From positions 832,001-896,000 of the forward strand of contig CAWEYG010000001.1 in assembly GCA_963813155.1 (NCBI GenBank): 64,000 bases of DNA, given 5' to 3'. A program made the translations under genes and the position numbers. Below are positions 1 to 11,572 of the stretch, piece by piece; the stretch's first letter is position 1; every line of letters begins with the position of its first letter. The DNA comes from an uncultured Acidobacteriota bacterium (lineage in GTDB: Bacteria; Acidobacteriota; Thermoanaerobaculia; UBA5066; DATFVB01). Under the pieces are notes generated by a model. The model did no database searches and was not told the origin of the DNA. It was given only the letters and a program-made list of their open reading frames with translations.

Positions 1-2280
1 TGCCGGCGTGACCGCCAGGCTCGGCGGACTCGACGCGATGGTGAAGAGAACGCCCCCTCCCCATTCGCCCGTGACCGCGGCGGTCCCGATGATCTGTCCC
101 GTCGAATCGATCGCGAGGCCACCGTTCGGAAAAGCTCCATCGAGCGACGCTGAAAAACTTGTCAGAACCGTGAACCCGGACCCGTCCCTCGACACGCGAA
201 ACACAGTGCCTGCCCCAGCGTCGTCATCGCCTCCCTGCGACGTCGCGCCGACGAGCATTCCCGATCCGTCGATCGTGAGCGGAGGAGTGGGAGTGTTCCC
301 ATCCTTCAAGTCGAGCGAAGCGAAGGTGTGAAGTGCGGTGTAGCTGTCGCCGGACCTCGACATTCGAAAGACCGCGCTGGCGGTACACCCGTACAGAGCC
401 CCGGATTCATCGAGAATCAGCGGACCCAACGGGGGGGCGTCGCCAGCGTGATTGAAAACCCGGATGGTCGAGAAGGAGCCGGAGCTCGTGACCTTGAAGA
501 CCGTCGCGAGGTAGGTGCCGAAGAGGTTCCCGCTGGAGTCGCGCACCAGGGGAGCCGCCGAGTCGGCGCCCGGAAGGGACTTCAGCACTTTCAATTCCGA
601 GCTTCCGATGGTGAGCTCATAGATTGTCCCGGTGCGAGTCATGCCGTACAGATGGCCGGCCGAATCCGAAACGACGCCGACCGGGCCGAACCCGTCGGCT
701 CCGCCGGAAAACCGGTACAGGACCGAATAGGTGAATCCCGAAGATCCTTTCGACAGCTCAAAAATCGTCCCGGCATTCCAACGCGGGTCCCCGCCAATCA
801 GGGTCGTGCCATAGAGGTTGCCGGAACTGTCGGCCGACAAACCGCCGGACGGGTTCGCACCGTCGTTCATCGCAACACCCGCGAACGTGTGGAGAATTTC
901 GAGTTGAGGCGGGGACGACCCCGCGGGATGGATGGCGAGGACGGTGCCATTCCCCCAGGCCCCGCCCGCGCTCAGGGTCGTCACGATCGTGCCATCCGGC
1001 AGGGTCGTCAGGAGATCCAAGGGATGGCCCCCTTCGAGGCCTTCTCCCCCCGATAGCAGCGCGTTGAGAACATAGCCGCCGTTTCCGGGCGCCAGCTCAA
1101 AAAGCGTGTTCTTGAGATAGGGCGGTTTTCCCAGAGCGAGGACTGAACCCGCCCCGACCGCCGCCGACCATCCTGCAGGCACGAAGCTGTTCTGGTCGAA
1201 ATGCAGCAGCGTGAAAAATGTCCACGCGCTCCCCCCGGTGCCGGTGATCCTGAAGAACGAGCTCGAGGTCGAAGCCGAGGGATCGACGGCAAAGCCGTAG
1301 ATTGCGCCGTTCGCATCGATCGAGACTCCCGACCGGGCCGTCATCCCGTCGTCACCGCCCGAAAATGTGTGCAGCACATGAAACCCGTAACCGCCCGAGC
1401 CGTCGGGCGAGAGCTGGAACACGACGCCCCCGGCTGGATAGGCCCGGGAAGCGCCGAACACATTACCTTTCGAATCGACGGACAAGTCATCGAATGGGTA
1501 TCCGCCGTCGGGCCCATTCGTGAACGTGTAAATAACGCGGTACACCCAGCTCGTCGACAACTTCTGGAGCTCGAAAATGTCTCCAGCAAACCCGTCTCCG
1601 TAGTATCGCGCACCGAAGAGATTTCCTGACGCGTCAATCGAAAGGGAAAGGATGGAATTTCCATCGTATTGTTCGAATGAGTAGAGAGTCGCAAACGCCC
1701 CGGTCGGGCTCACGGAAAAGATCGTTCCTTCCCCCTTGGGGCCGCCCCGCGTCGTCGCACCATAAACCGTTCCGTCCGCCGCCACGGCGAGGTTCCCCAT
1801 CGAAACCGCGCCGTCGGAATTCTGGTTGTCGACCAGGGCCGAAAATCCGTGCAGCGTCTTGAATGCGTAGCTTCCGTTGGCCTGAGGCGAAAGCTCGAAC
1901 ACCGTACCCGGCCCGCTCGGCCCGTCCGGGTTCGGAACGCCAGCCTCCGTGGTGCCGTACAGGTTTCCGAAGCGATCGATGGCCATCCCCGCTACAGGGC
2001 TCCACCCGTCGAGCGCAGGGTTGAATGAATGGAGGATCGTCAAATTGGATGTTCCACCATCGGATTTCGAAAGCTTGAAGACGGTTCCACTGTCGAATTC
2101 TCCGCCGTCAACGGTGTCGCCGAAGAGGTTTCCGGCGCCATCCGTCGCCACTGGGTTGATCACCGTGCCGATCTTTGAAAACGGGTGCAGGACGCGAACT
2201 GAAGACGGGAGCGCCGTGGCACGCGTCGAAAGAAAACAAAAACCCAGAAGCAGTACTAGGGTCGGGCGCTTTCGAGTCAT
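1..2280 (-). CDS. Secreted tandem-repeat beta-propeller protein (GloVer-repeat-like), C-terminus runs off the window
   Basis: Manual translation from ATG 2280 gives signal peptide MTRKRPTLVLLLGFCFL, then repeated units such as D.FGNLYGTT..G....GTVFEL and DSSGNLYGTTLIGG...AGTIFEL. Absent from the ORF track because there is no stop in the window. Confidence 0.85.
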   Translation of the reverse strand, partial: MTRKRPTLVLLLGFCFLSTRATALPSSVRVLHPFSKIGTVINPVATDGAGNLFGDTVDGGEFDSGTVFKLSKSDGGTSNLTILHSFNPALDGWSPVAGMAIDRFGNLYGTTEAGVPNPDGPSGPGTVFELSPQANGSYAFKTLHGFSALVDNQNSDGAVSMGNLAVAADGTVYGATTRGGPKGEGTIFSVSPTGAFATLYSFEQYDGNSILSLSIDASGNLFGARYYGDGFAGDIFELQKLSTSWVYRVIYTFTNGPDGGYPFDDLSVDSKGNVFGASRAYPAGGVVFQLSPDGSGGYGFHVLHTFSGGDDGMTARSGVSIDANGAIYGFAVDPSASTSSSFFRITGTGGSAWTFFTLLHFDQNSFVPAGWSAAVGAGSVLALGKPPYLKNTLFELAPGNGGYVLNALLSGGEGLEGGHPLDLLTTLPDGTIVTTLSAGGAWGNGTVLAIHPAGSSPPQLEILHTFAGVAMNDGANPSGGLSADSSGNLYGTTLIGGDPRWNAGTIFELSKGSSGFTYSVLYRFSGGADGFGPVGVVSDSAGHLYGMTRTGTIYELTIGSSELKVLKSLPGADSAAPLVRDSSGNLFGTYLATVFKVTSSGSFSTIRVFNHAGDAPPLGPLILDESGALYGCTASAVFRMSRSGDSYTALHTFASLDLKDGNTPTPPLTIDGSGMLVGATSQGGDDDAGAGTVFRVSRDGSGFTVLTSFSASLDGAFPNGGLAIDSTGQIIGTAAVTGEWGGGVLFTIASSPPSLAVTPA

Positions 2281-2415
2281 CAAACCGTTAACAAGCCTAC
2301 TTGTAAAGCGCAGCGATTGACCGGGAATTTCTACTTCCTCGGCCCCTTCGCCGCACTCGACCCCGCGGGGATCCTCCCCATCCCTCCGCCTTCGCCCGCC
2401 ACCTGCGATCGCTCG

Positions 2416-3727
2416 CTACGTCGCGATCTCTCCGCCCTCCCTCCCCGGCGCCGTCGCGGCGAAGAACAGGCACACGAGCGGCGTCAGGAGGAGGCGCGGC
2501 GCGGTCCAGCGGATCCAGAGGGACGGGTCGAGATCTCCCCCGTGCAGGTAGCAAAAGACGATGAAGCCGAGGTAGCCCTCGGCGACGAGCGCCGGGGCGA
2601 GCCACTCTCTGCGGCGGGCGCCGAAGATCGCCATCACCCCGACCACGATCCACGGCGCGTAAGCCGAGTGGTAGTCTGCGTTCACCAGAATCCCCTTGAT
2701 CACCGTCCGCGCGAACCGCAGCGTGAACGGCCCGTTCGGCTGGCCGCCGTACGCCTCCACCATGCCGTGCCCGCGCGCGTACGCGATCCACAGCGCGAGC
2801 GACGCCGCGGGCAGACTGGCGAGGACGAGCGCGGGTCGCAGAGATCGGGTCCGGAGTAACCGCCAGCCGCCGTAGACGAGAACGACGAGTCCGGCGAACG
2901 CGGCCCCCTCGACCTTCGTCAGCGCGGCCCCCGCGAGCCCGAGCGACGCGACGAGGAGGCTGCCCGGCTCCGCCGGGAGAAACGTCAGCGCGCTCAGCGC
3001 GAGGACCTCGAAGAACAGCAGCGGCGGTTCCCCGTTGCCCGCGCACAGCGACGTCGCCAGGGGAAACGCGAGCAGCAGCACGAGGAGCATCGTCCGCTCC
3101 GCCGCCTGCCGATCCGGGATCGCGCGGCGCGCGGCGCTTCCGTAGGCCAGCGCGCTCAAAAGGACGAAGAGCGGAAGCGTGAGCACCGCGGCTCCCCACG
3201 GAAGCCGGCCCGCGAAGAGCGTGCCCCACGCGTACACGAACGGGACGAGCGGCGGGTAGTCCGGACGCAGGACGAACTGCGATCGGCTCGTCAGGTACGC
3301 CGGGTCGAGCCCCGCCGCCTGGGCGAAAGTGCTGCGCCTTGGGCCCCCAGAAGAGCAGAAGGTCGTCGCTCGTGGCCCGTCCGGAACCTGCGACATACGC
3401 GCAAAGGACGAGCCCGAGCCCGGCCATGAGGAGTGGCGGGATCGCGGAACGCGCCAAGGGCACGGAGCGCGCGGGCGTCCGGCGGCTTCGCCGCCAGCGG
3501 GACAGGACTCCCGCGAGGAGAAAGGGAGCGAGCAGCCCGACGATCGTCCAGGGCAGCCCGACCCACGACTCCAGGAGCATCGTCAGCGTGAGGGCGACCA
3601 TCCCGAGCGCCGAGAGCAGCGCGAGACCGCCGCGGCGGTCGCGCCCGCGCCAAAAAAGGAGCGGCGCGACGCACCCTCCCAATACCGGAAGCAGGACGAG
3701 CGCGGCGAGGAATCTCGTGCCGCTCAT
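2416..3727 (-). CDS. Polytopic membrane protein, GT-C-like glycosyltransferase candidate (frameshift ~3325)
   Basis: Joins the N-part of ORF 2297-3727 (DDLLLFWGPKAQHF) to ORF 2416-3396 (RPDYPPL, TKVEG). Many hydrophobic helices. Confidence 0.6.
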
Positions 3728-4170
3728 CGCGCGACGAAGAGCCTTCCTCCGGGGAACCGCTCGAGGAGGTTGTATCCGTCCGAGCGGAGCCCGCCGCGGG
3801 AGTCGTCGACCGCATACGGAGCCAGGACGCGGCCTCGCGTTTCGATCTGTGCGGCCGTGACCGGCACGACGTTCTGGTCGGGGAGCTCCGCCTCGGCGAG
3901 CAGCCAGCGATATTGCAGGATCCAGGGGTCGGCGCCGCCCGGCTGCACGAGAAGGACAGTCGCGCCGCGGGGCAGGTCAGGTCGGATCTGGCCGAGAAAG
4001 AGAATGAAAGGCTCCCATCGACGCTGAGCCGGCGGGCCGTTCGCGTAGACGGTCGAAGGGCGAGCGAGAGTCAGCGGCCCCGCTCGCCGACCCTCCGAAA
4101 CCAGGAAGAAAAGGAGAACGATCGTGCTCACCCACGCGGCGAGTGAGCCGAGGAAACTTCGACCGTTCAT
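3724..4170 (-). CDS. Hypothetical membrane-anchored protein
   Basis: 148 aa ORF with N-terminal TM; 4-bp overlap with the downstream gene. Confidence 0.65.
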   Translation of the reverse strand: MNGRSFLGSLAAWVSTIVLLFFLVSEGRRAGPLTLARPSTVYANGPPAQRRWEPFILFLGQIRPDLPRGATVLLVQPGGADPWILQYRWLLAEAELPDQNVVPVTAAQIETRGRVLAPYAVDDSRGGLRSDGYNLLERFPGGRLFVAR

Positions 4171-4333
4171 CCGCCTTCGCCCTGCGATCTTCGATGGCGA
4201 CGCTTCCGACTACGCCAGCAGGCTTCGTCGCGACGGGTCGGCGCGATCTACTTCGCGGGCGCGGCCCCCTCGATTCCTCGTTCATCATCCGCCTTCGCGC
4301 GACCAGCTGCGCTGGTGGGCTACGGCGCGATCT
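4168..4333. repeat. Two copies of REP-like family B (CATCCGCCTTCGC...GCTACGGCGCGAT)
   Basis: Copies at ~4168-4249 (right end degenerate) and ~4286-4333; further copies at 26626-26679 and, degenerate, ~2385-2429. Confidence 0.6.
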
Positions 4334-4352
4334 TCCCCCTTCGCCGGTCGCA

Positions 4353-6403
4353 TCACTTACTCCTCGTTCCCGTCGACCCTGGCGTTTCGAATTCCTCCCC
4401 CATCCACTTCTTGAACGCGTCCATGTTCTGCGCGCGGCCGAGGAAGTTCTTGACGATGTCATTCGCGGATTCCGTGCCGCCCGGCTCGAGGACCGTCTTG
4501 CGGTAGCGCATCGAGGGACCGTCGGCGAGGAAATTGGATTTGTCGAACTGCGAGGCAAAGTCTTCCGCGATGACCTTGTCCCACAGGTACGTGTAGTACG
4601 CCGACGAGTAGCCTCCCAGATGCCCGAACGCCGCCCAGAAATGCGTGCCGGGGATCGGGACGACCTTCGTATATTTCTTCCACGCGTCGTACGTGATCTT
4701 GTCCGGATCCAGTTTCGACGGGTCGGCGATGTAGATCTCGTGCGAGATCGCCGACAGGGCGTCCTGGCCCGCGGCCCAGCTGCCGCGGCCGAACGCGGAG
4801 GCGCGGTTCATCCGGGCCACGAGCTCCGCCGGAATCGTCTCGCCCGTCTTGTAGTGCTTCGCGAAACCCGCGAGCACCTGCGGGCTGCGCAGGAACTCCT
4901 CGAGCATCTGCGACGGCGCCTCGATGAAATCGGCCTCCAGGTTCAGCGGGTTCGCGCCCGCCCACTGCTGCCGACCGGAGAGGATCCAGTGCACGAGATG
5001 GCCGAACTCGTGGAAGAACGTGACGACGTCGCCGTATTCCATCAGGCCGGGATCCGAATCCGTTTTCTCCGGGAAGTTGCAGACGAGAGCGGCTTCCGGC
5101 ATCTGCTTGCCCTGCGACGCCGTCGAATAGCGGGACCATGTTCGCGTGCGTGAACTTCCCCTTGCGCGGGTGCATGTCGAGGTAGATCCGCCCGATTCGC
5201 TGGTCCCCTTCCCACACCTGGAACGTCTCGACGGCCGGGTCCCAGCCGCCCGCGTCGGTCTCGGGCTCGAACCGGACGTGGAAGAGCTTCGCGGCCGTGT
5301 CGAGGATCCCCTGGCGGACCTGCGGGTACGGAAAGTACGGCCGCACGGACTGCGAGTCGAAGTCGTAGCTCGCGCGCCGGAGCTGCTCGCTCAGGTAGCT
5401 GTTCTCGAAGTCGTACACTTCCGTCGCTTTCGGATCGTGCTTGCGCTTTTCCGAGAGAATCATTCCGTACTCGCGCTCCATGATCGGCTTCGAGGCGGCG
5501 TTCACGTCCCGGATGAACCGGGCGACGCGTTCGCTCGTCACCGCCATCTTCGGCGCGGCGTCGGAGTCCGCCCACGTGCCGAATCCCAGAAGCTTCGCGA
5601 TCTCGGCGCGCGTCGCGGCCATCTTCAGCAGAGTCTCTTTGTTCTTCGGATACGCCCGGCTGTCGAACGCCTCGAACAGGCGGCGGCGGAACGCGGAGCT
5701 CTCCGCGAACTTCAGGGCCGGCAGCGTGTCCGGGTACGCCGACGTGATCTTGACCTTGCCGTCCGCGCCCGGCTTGTGCCGGTCGATGTAGTCCTGCGGC
5801 AGCCCTTTCAGCTCCGCCGGGTCGGCGTCGGTCGTCCGGAGGTCGTCGGCGATCGCGCGCTCGAACCCGGACTGTTCTTCGGTGAGGTCGTCGTTCAGTT
5901 TTTTGAGCTTCGCGCGGGTCGCGTCGTCCTTGTCGACGCCGCCGAGTTTGTACAGGACGAGCTGGCGCTGGACGTAATACTTCGTGGCGGGATCCGACGC
6001 GGCGAGGTCGAGCGCCGCGAGCGCGTCGTAGACGGCGCGGTTCAACGAGAGGTCGGTCTGCACGGCGCTGACCTTCCCCCTCATGGCGGTGGCGGCATCC
6101 CGGTAAGGCGCGTCGGCGGCGACCTGTTCCATGAGGTAGGCGAAGTAGATCGCCGAGTCGAGCTCGCGCGTCGCCTCGTCGTACGGGACGAGCGTGTTGT
6201 CGATCGTCCGCTTGCCTTTGGCCGCGACGATCGCGTCGATCGACTTCTTCGCGGCGTCGAGATGCGCGTCGTCGATCTTCTGGAACGCCGCGATGTCCGG
6301 CTTGTCCGCCCAGAGCGGCGGCGGAGAGCGCGGGATCCGCCGCGAGGGCGAGGGGCGCGGCGGCGAGGACCGCGAAGGAAACGCCGAGAAATCCGATGCG
6401 CAT
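4353..6403 (-). CDS. M3 family Zn metallopeptidase (thimet oligopeptidase-like), secreted; frameshifts ~6310 and ~5110
   Basis: Signal peptide MRIGFLGVSFAVLAAAP; motifs YLDMHPRKGK, FHEFGHLVH (HExxH), DFIEAPSQMLE, YYTYLW; RBS AAAGGAGA. Confidence 0.9.
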
Positions 6404-6458
6404 GGGTGATCTCCTTTTCAAGAAGCTATTTACGACCACCGAGAGCCAGGGTTTCATA

Positions 6459-6519
6459 ACCTCACCCCCGGCCTTCGGCCACCCCCTCTCCATCTGGAGA
6501 GGGGGACGGGGGGTGAGGT
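6459..6519. repeat. REP-like family A hairpin, copy 1
   Basis: ACCTCACCCCCGGCCTTCGGCCACCCCCTCTCC..GGAGAGGGGG..GGGGGTGAGGT; further copies at 9200-9260 and 15214-15278. Confidence 0.8.
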
Positions 6520-6525
6520 CAGTTC

Positions 6526-9181
6526 TCATCGATTCAACAAGCCCTTCCAGTTCAGGACGAGGCTGAACGGAGGGGTGATCTGGTCGCTCAGCGCGAGGGC
6601 CACGAGGAATTTCCGGCCGTCGGGAGAGACGTCGAAAAACGAGTTCGCGCCCGAACGCAGGTCGAAGAGGGTCGACGGCGCGCCGGCGTGAAACGTCGGC
6701 GAAACGCTGATCGGGACGGCCAGGACCTTGAAGTCGAGAGACTCGTAGTAGAGCTCCTTCCCGTCGCGGCTCCAGACGGGGTTCCCGCCGCCGGACGTGG
6801 AGATCTGCCACCGGCCCGGGCCTTCCGGGAAGGGGCGCACGTAGACCTCGAACTTCCCGGATCCGTTCGACGCGAACGCGATCCACCGCCCGTCGGGGGA
6901 AAACCGGCTCGCGCTCTGGGCGTCCGCGTCCACCGAGAAGGGAGCGACCTTGCCGCCTTTCCCGGTTTCCGCGATCCACAACTGGGTATTTCTCTTCCCC
7001 ACCGCCGGAATGGCCGTCAGGGAGAGGAACCGCCCGTCCGGCGACCAGTCTTCCGGCGAGCGGTCGTCGGGCGATTCGAGGAGGGGCTCCTCCGGGCTTC
7101 CGTCGACGCGCTTGACCCAGAGGTCGCGCTTCGCGCCCTTCGTTTTTCGATTCGAGGCGAATACGATTCGGTCGCCCTCCGGCGACCAGACCGGGGTCGT
7201 ATCGGCAAAGTTGGAGGACGCGAATTTGTTGCCGGCCCCGCTCGCCGCGTCGAAGACCCAAACCTCGAGGTTGTTTCTCGCCGTATCGAACACGTCGGCC
7301 GCGATCCGCCGGCCGTCCGGCGAAAGGCGCCCGGTGTTGAAGGCGCGGGACTCCCCGGCCGTTCCCAGAGAACGGCCGTTTCGATCGAGCCACGTCAGCT
7401 GCAACGGAATCGCGAGGGTCGGCAGGTAAACGAGCGCCTGATCGGAGACGGAGAACAGGGCATAACCGAACCAGTTGCTCGAAGAAACGCGCTCGCCGAT
7501 CGCCGCGGGATCGCCGATCATTTCCCACCGGGAGAGATCGATTCTCTGCGCGAGAAGAGCTCCGGAGCGGCTATAGAAAAGATTCCCGCCGGCGTAGTCG
7601 GCGTTCGAGGCACCTGGAACGAGGGTCTTGTCGAGCTTCCCGTCGAGCGAGCCGACACGAATCGAGTTCGCCGAGTCGCCGGCCGGCGCGGAGGGATTCA
7701 TCGACATGTAAAGGAAATGCCGGCCGTCGGGAAGGAACCTCGGGTACCGGTGGGCCGTCACGTGCAGCGACGCATCAAGCTTCGTCACCGCGACGGGAAC
7801 GCCTCCCGAAGCCGCGACGCGGAAAAGCGGTGACGTAAACCCCGGCGCGAAGAGAATCGTCCCGTCGGGGCTCCACGATCCCCCCAGGCCCCGCTCCGCA
7901 TCGCAAATCGTCAGAATCGGACCTCCGGCGGCATCGACGCGCTTCAGCGATCCCTGGCTGAAGAACGCGACGAACCTGCCGTCGGGCGACCAGAACGGGA
8001 AGATTCCATCCTCCGCGCCCGGCACGGGTTTTGCGGCCGGCTCGGAAAGCGCCCGGATCCAGAGCCCCGGCTGCGAGCCCGGCGGGGCGGCGCAAAAGGC
8101 GAGCTTCGAGCCGTCGGGCGACAGGGCAATGTCGGAAATGAGCAGCTTATCGGGCGGAACGAGTGTGGCGAGAATCGGCTTTCCCTCCCGCGGCGATCGG
8201 CGGAAATATCCGGCGGCAAAGAGAAGCGCGGCGAGTCCCGCCACGCCCGCGCAGATCCACGCAATGCGCTCGCGGTTCTTTCGTTTCGACACGACGACGG
8301 CCGGCGCCCCCGCCTGCGAGCCCGCCTCCGCGATCCACGCGAGCTCGCTCTTGACGTCGCGCGCGCTCTGCCAGCGATCTTCGGGGTCTTTCGCGAGGCA
8401 CGTCTTGACGACCCGGTCCAGCGCGGGCGCCGTCATCGGGACGACGGCCGAGATCGGCGGCGGCTCGTCGCGCAGGATCGAGCTGATCAGCGAGACGCGG
8501 CTCGCGCCCTTGAACGCCTTCTGCGCCGTCGCCATCTCGTACAGGACACATCCGAATGAAAAGATGTCGGACCGGGCGTCCGCGTCCTTCCCTTCGAGCT
8601 GCTCCGGAGCCATGTATTGGAACGTTCCGAGGATCGTTCCCTTCTCCGTCACGGCCGGGGCCGCTTCCGTCGGAAGCGACGTGATGTCGGGCTCGCGCGC
8701 CGCGGCGAGCCCCTTCGCGAGTCCGAAGTCGAGCAGCTTGACGCCCGATTTCGTCATCATGATGTTACCGGGCTTGAGGTCGCGGTGGACGATTCCGGCC
8801 CGGTGCGCCTTGTCGAGCGCGTCGGCGATCTCGACGCCGGAGCGAAGGACCTGCTCGGGAGGCAGCGGCCCCCTCTCGAGCCTCTCGGAGAGCGTCTGCC
8901 CCTCGAGCAGCTCCATGACGAGATACTCGACGCCGTCGGCCGAGCCGACGTCGTACAGCGTGCAGATGTGCGGATGTGTCAGCTGCGAGATCGCCCGAGC
9001 CTCCCGCTCGAAGCGCTGCTTGAACTCGGGATTCTGCGACAGATGCTCGGGCAGCACCTTGATCGCGACGTCGCGCCCGAGCCGAGTGTCCTTCGCCTTG
9101 TAAACCTCTCCCATGCCGCCCGGCGCCGAGCGGCGAGAGGATTTCGTACGGGCCGAGACGGGTACCGGTCGCAAGACTCAC
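6526..9181 (-). CDS. STK1: Ser/Thr kinase + TM + PD40/TolB-like beta-propeller (type A); frameshift ~9120
   Basis: GTG start [14 protein letters not shown]; motifs [29 protein letters not shown]; TM; repeated WSPDG motifs. Confidence 0.92.
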
Positions 9182-9199
9182 GCGGCGTTCCTCAATTCA

Positions 9200-9260
9200 A
9201 CCTCACCCCCCATCTCCCTCTCCAGCTGGAGAGGGGGTGGCCGAAGGCCGGGGGTGAGGT
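9200..9260. repeat. REP-like family A hairpin, copy 2 (inverted relative to copy 1)
   Basis: ACCTCACCCCC..CCCTCTCCAGCTGGAGAGGGGGTGGCCGAAGGCCGGGGGTGAGGT. Confidence 0.8.
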
Positions 9261-9303
9261 CGGCAGATTCTAACCTCGCGGCGGGTCGAGGCCGGCCCGG
9301 GAA

Positions 9304-10206
9304 TCAGGAAACGCGTTTCACGAGCTCGCGAGCGTCCCGGGCCGGCGTCCGGAACGCCTGCCGCCGGAGCTCCGACGGAGTGAGCCCGAGAACGCGACGA
9401 AATGCCCACGTGAAGTGGCTGTGGCTGGAAAAACCGAGATCGACGCCGATCTGGGCCAGGTCCGAATCGCCCCCGAGCAGGCGCTCCACCGCGGCGTGAA
9501 GTCGGGCGCGCGTGCGGTACCGGTGCAGCGACGTGCCCGTCGAGTGCCGAAACGCCCGCATCAGGGAATAGGGCGAGCACCGGAGGCGCGCCGCGAGACT
9601 CTCCAGCCCCATCGGCTCGCCGAGGCGGCTCGAGAGAAGCGCCTTCGCGGTCTCCACGGCTTCCGCGCCGGTCGAGGACGTTCTCCGGGCCGGAGCGGGC
9701 TCGCGCGCCGCGGCGGCGAGCACCTCGTCTCCGAGCTCGATCGCGATCTCTTCGACCGAGAGGGCGTCCCGATCTTCGGCTCGCCGGAAGAGAACGTGCT
9801 CCAGGAGCTGGGCGCGGGGCGTCCGGGGGACGATCTCCGCCCGAAACGGCGCCTCGGGCGTGTCCGCGGCTCCCGGGTCGTGGCGGCGAACGATGTCGGC
9901 GAGAACGTCGGCCCGAAGCGTCAGGATGCGCCCCGTGTCCCCGCACCCGAAGGGATGGCTCGTGCGAAACGTCGAATACGCGTTGTGCAGGCTCACTTCA
10001 TTTCGCCCCGCGACGACGGGGCCCCGCTTCCCGTGAAAAAAGAAGGGCTTCCGGTCGGGGAACGCCATCCCATGGGAAGCGAGGTACCGCTCGCCCGTCA
10101 AAGTCGCATCGAGGTTCGAGCACTGCCACCTCGAGAGCCGGACGAACGGGCTCTCGAAGAGCACGGCGCCCCTCAATCCGGGCATGCCCCGCTCGATCTC
10201 GCGCAT
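9304..10206 (-). CDS. AraC family transcriptional regulator
   Basis: C-terminal double HTH (LAQIGVDLGFSSHSHFTWAFRRVLGLTP); divergent from the PLP enzyme. Start is approximate. Confidence 0.88.
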   Translation of the reverse strand: MREIERGMPGLRGAVLFESPFVRLSRWQCSNLDATLTGERYLASHGMAFPDRKPFFFHGKRGPVVAGRNEVSLHNAYSTFRTSHPFGCGDTGRILTLRADVLADIVRRHDPGAADTPEAPFRAEIVPRTPRAQLLEHVLFRRAEDRDALSVEEIAIELGDEVLAAAAREPAPARRTSSTGAEAVETAKALLSSRLGEPMGLESLAARLRCSPYSLMRAFRHSTGTSLHRYRTRARLHAAVERLLGGDSDLAQIGVDLGFSSHSHFTWAFRRVLGLTPSELRRQAFRTPARDARELVKRVS

Positions 10207-10324
10207 TTCCACGAAGGGAATTGTCCGCCCTCGCGGCGGCCGGCTTCTTGAATGTTCCGAACCTGTCCAATTTTTCGTCCGGCGGCCGTTGACCGCCGCC
10301 CGGCGCCGGTCTAGTTTCTGGGGC

Positions 10325-11572
10325 ATGAGCGAAGAAAAGCGTCCCTCCTCGTGGCGAACCGGCACCCGCGTCGTCCACTCCGGTTTCCCGTCCCGCGCCG
10401 ACGGAGAGGCCGGCTACTCCCTCTCCTCGCCGATCTGGCAGACCGCGACGTTCGGCTTCGACAACCCGGAAGACATCGCGCAGGCCGGTCTGGAGCATCA
10501 CCCGGCGACTTACTACACGCGCTACGGCAACCCCAATTTCCTGGAAGCGGAGCGGACGCTCCGCGAGCTGGAGCGCGGAGAAGCGGCGCTCGTGACGGGC
10601 TCCGGAATGGGCGCGATCAGCCTCGTGTTTCTCGGTCTCCTGAAGGCGGGCGACCACGTCGTCGCGCAGAAGACCCACTACGTCGGGACGGTCAAGCTCC
10701 TGACGCGCTGGCTGCCGTCGCTCGGAATCGAAACGACGATGGTCGACCAGACCGACCCGGGGAATTTCGAAGCGGCGATCCGCCCCAACACCCGCCTGCT
10801 CTACGCCGAGACGCCGGTCAACCCGACGCTCTCGCTCACGGACCTCGCCGCGGTCGCCGCGCTCGGCCGCTCCCGCGGGATCCGAACGTGCGTCGACAAC
10901 ACGTTCGCGACCCCGCACAACCAGCGGCCGATCGAGCTCGGAATCGATCTCGTCGTCCACAGCGCGACGAAGTACCTCTCCGGCCACAGCGACGTCACGG
11001 CCGGCGCGGTCGTGGGCGGCCGGGACGCGCTCGATCGCCTGTGGGAAGCGCTGATCGTCTACGGCATGACGCTCCACCCGATGGAGAGCTGGCTGCTTTC
11101 CCGGGGGCTCCAGACGTTTCCGATGCGGATGGATCTTCACAACCGTAACGCCGGGGAAATCGCCCGGTTCCTCGAAAATCATCCGCGCGTCGCGCGCGTT
11201 CACTATCCGGGCCTCGAGTCCCACCCGCAGCACGCGCTCGCGGCCCGACAGATGAGCGGCTTCGGGGGAATGCTCTCCTTCGAGCTCGCGGGCGGCTACG
11301 AGGACGCGCGCGACTTCACGAGCCGGCTGCGGCTGGTCCGCCGCGCCGTGAGCCTCGGGGGAACGAAGACGCTCGCGGCCCACGCCGCGTCGATGGTTTT
11401 TCCCCATCTCGGCCCGGAAGAGCGGGCAGCGGCGGGGATTTCGGAGAATCTCGTGCGCCTTTCCGTCGGGATCGAGGACCCGGAGGACATCCGGGAAGAC
11501 CTGGACGCCGCGCTCTCGGGAGCCCGCCCCGCCGCCGGCGCGGCTACGGGGTCGAAACGGGCTTCGCGCTGA
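10325..11572 (+). CDS. PLP-dependent trans-sulfuration enzyme (methionine gamma-lyase / cystathionine gamma-synthase family)
   Basis: Motifs YTRYGNP, SGMGAI, ETPVNP, VDNTFATP, HSATKYLSGHSDV, RLSVGIED. Confidence 0.92.
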   Translation: MSEEKRPSSWRTGTRVVHSGFPSRADGEAGYSLSSPIWQTATFGFDNPEDIAQAGLEHHPATYYTRYGNPNFLEAERTLRELERGEAALVTGSGMGAISLVFLGLLKAGDHVVAQKTHYVGTVKLLTRWLPSLGIETTMVDQTDPGNFEAAIRPNTRLLYAETPVNPTLSLTDLAAVAALGRSRGIRTCVDNTFATPHNQRPIELGIDLVVHSATKYLSGHSDVTAGAVVGGRDALDRLWEALIVYGMTLHPMESWLLSRGLQTFPMRMDLHNRNAGEIARFLENHPRVARVHYPGLESHPQHALAARQMSGFGGMLSFELAGGYEDARDFTSRLRLVRRAVSLGGTKTLAAHAASMVFPHLGPEERAAAGISENLVRLSVGIEDPEDIREDLDAALSGARPAAGAATGSKRASR

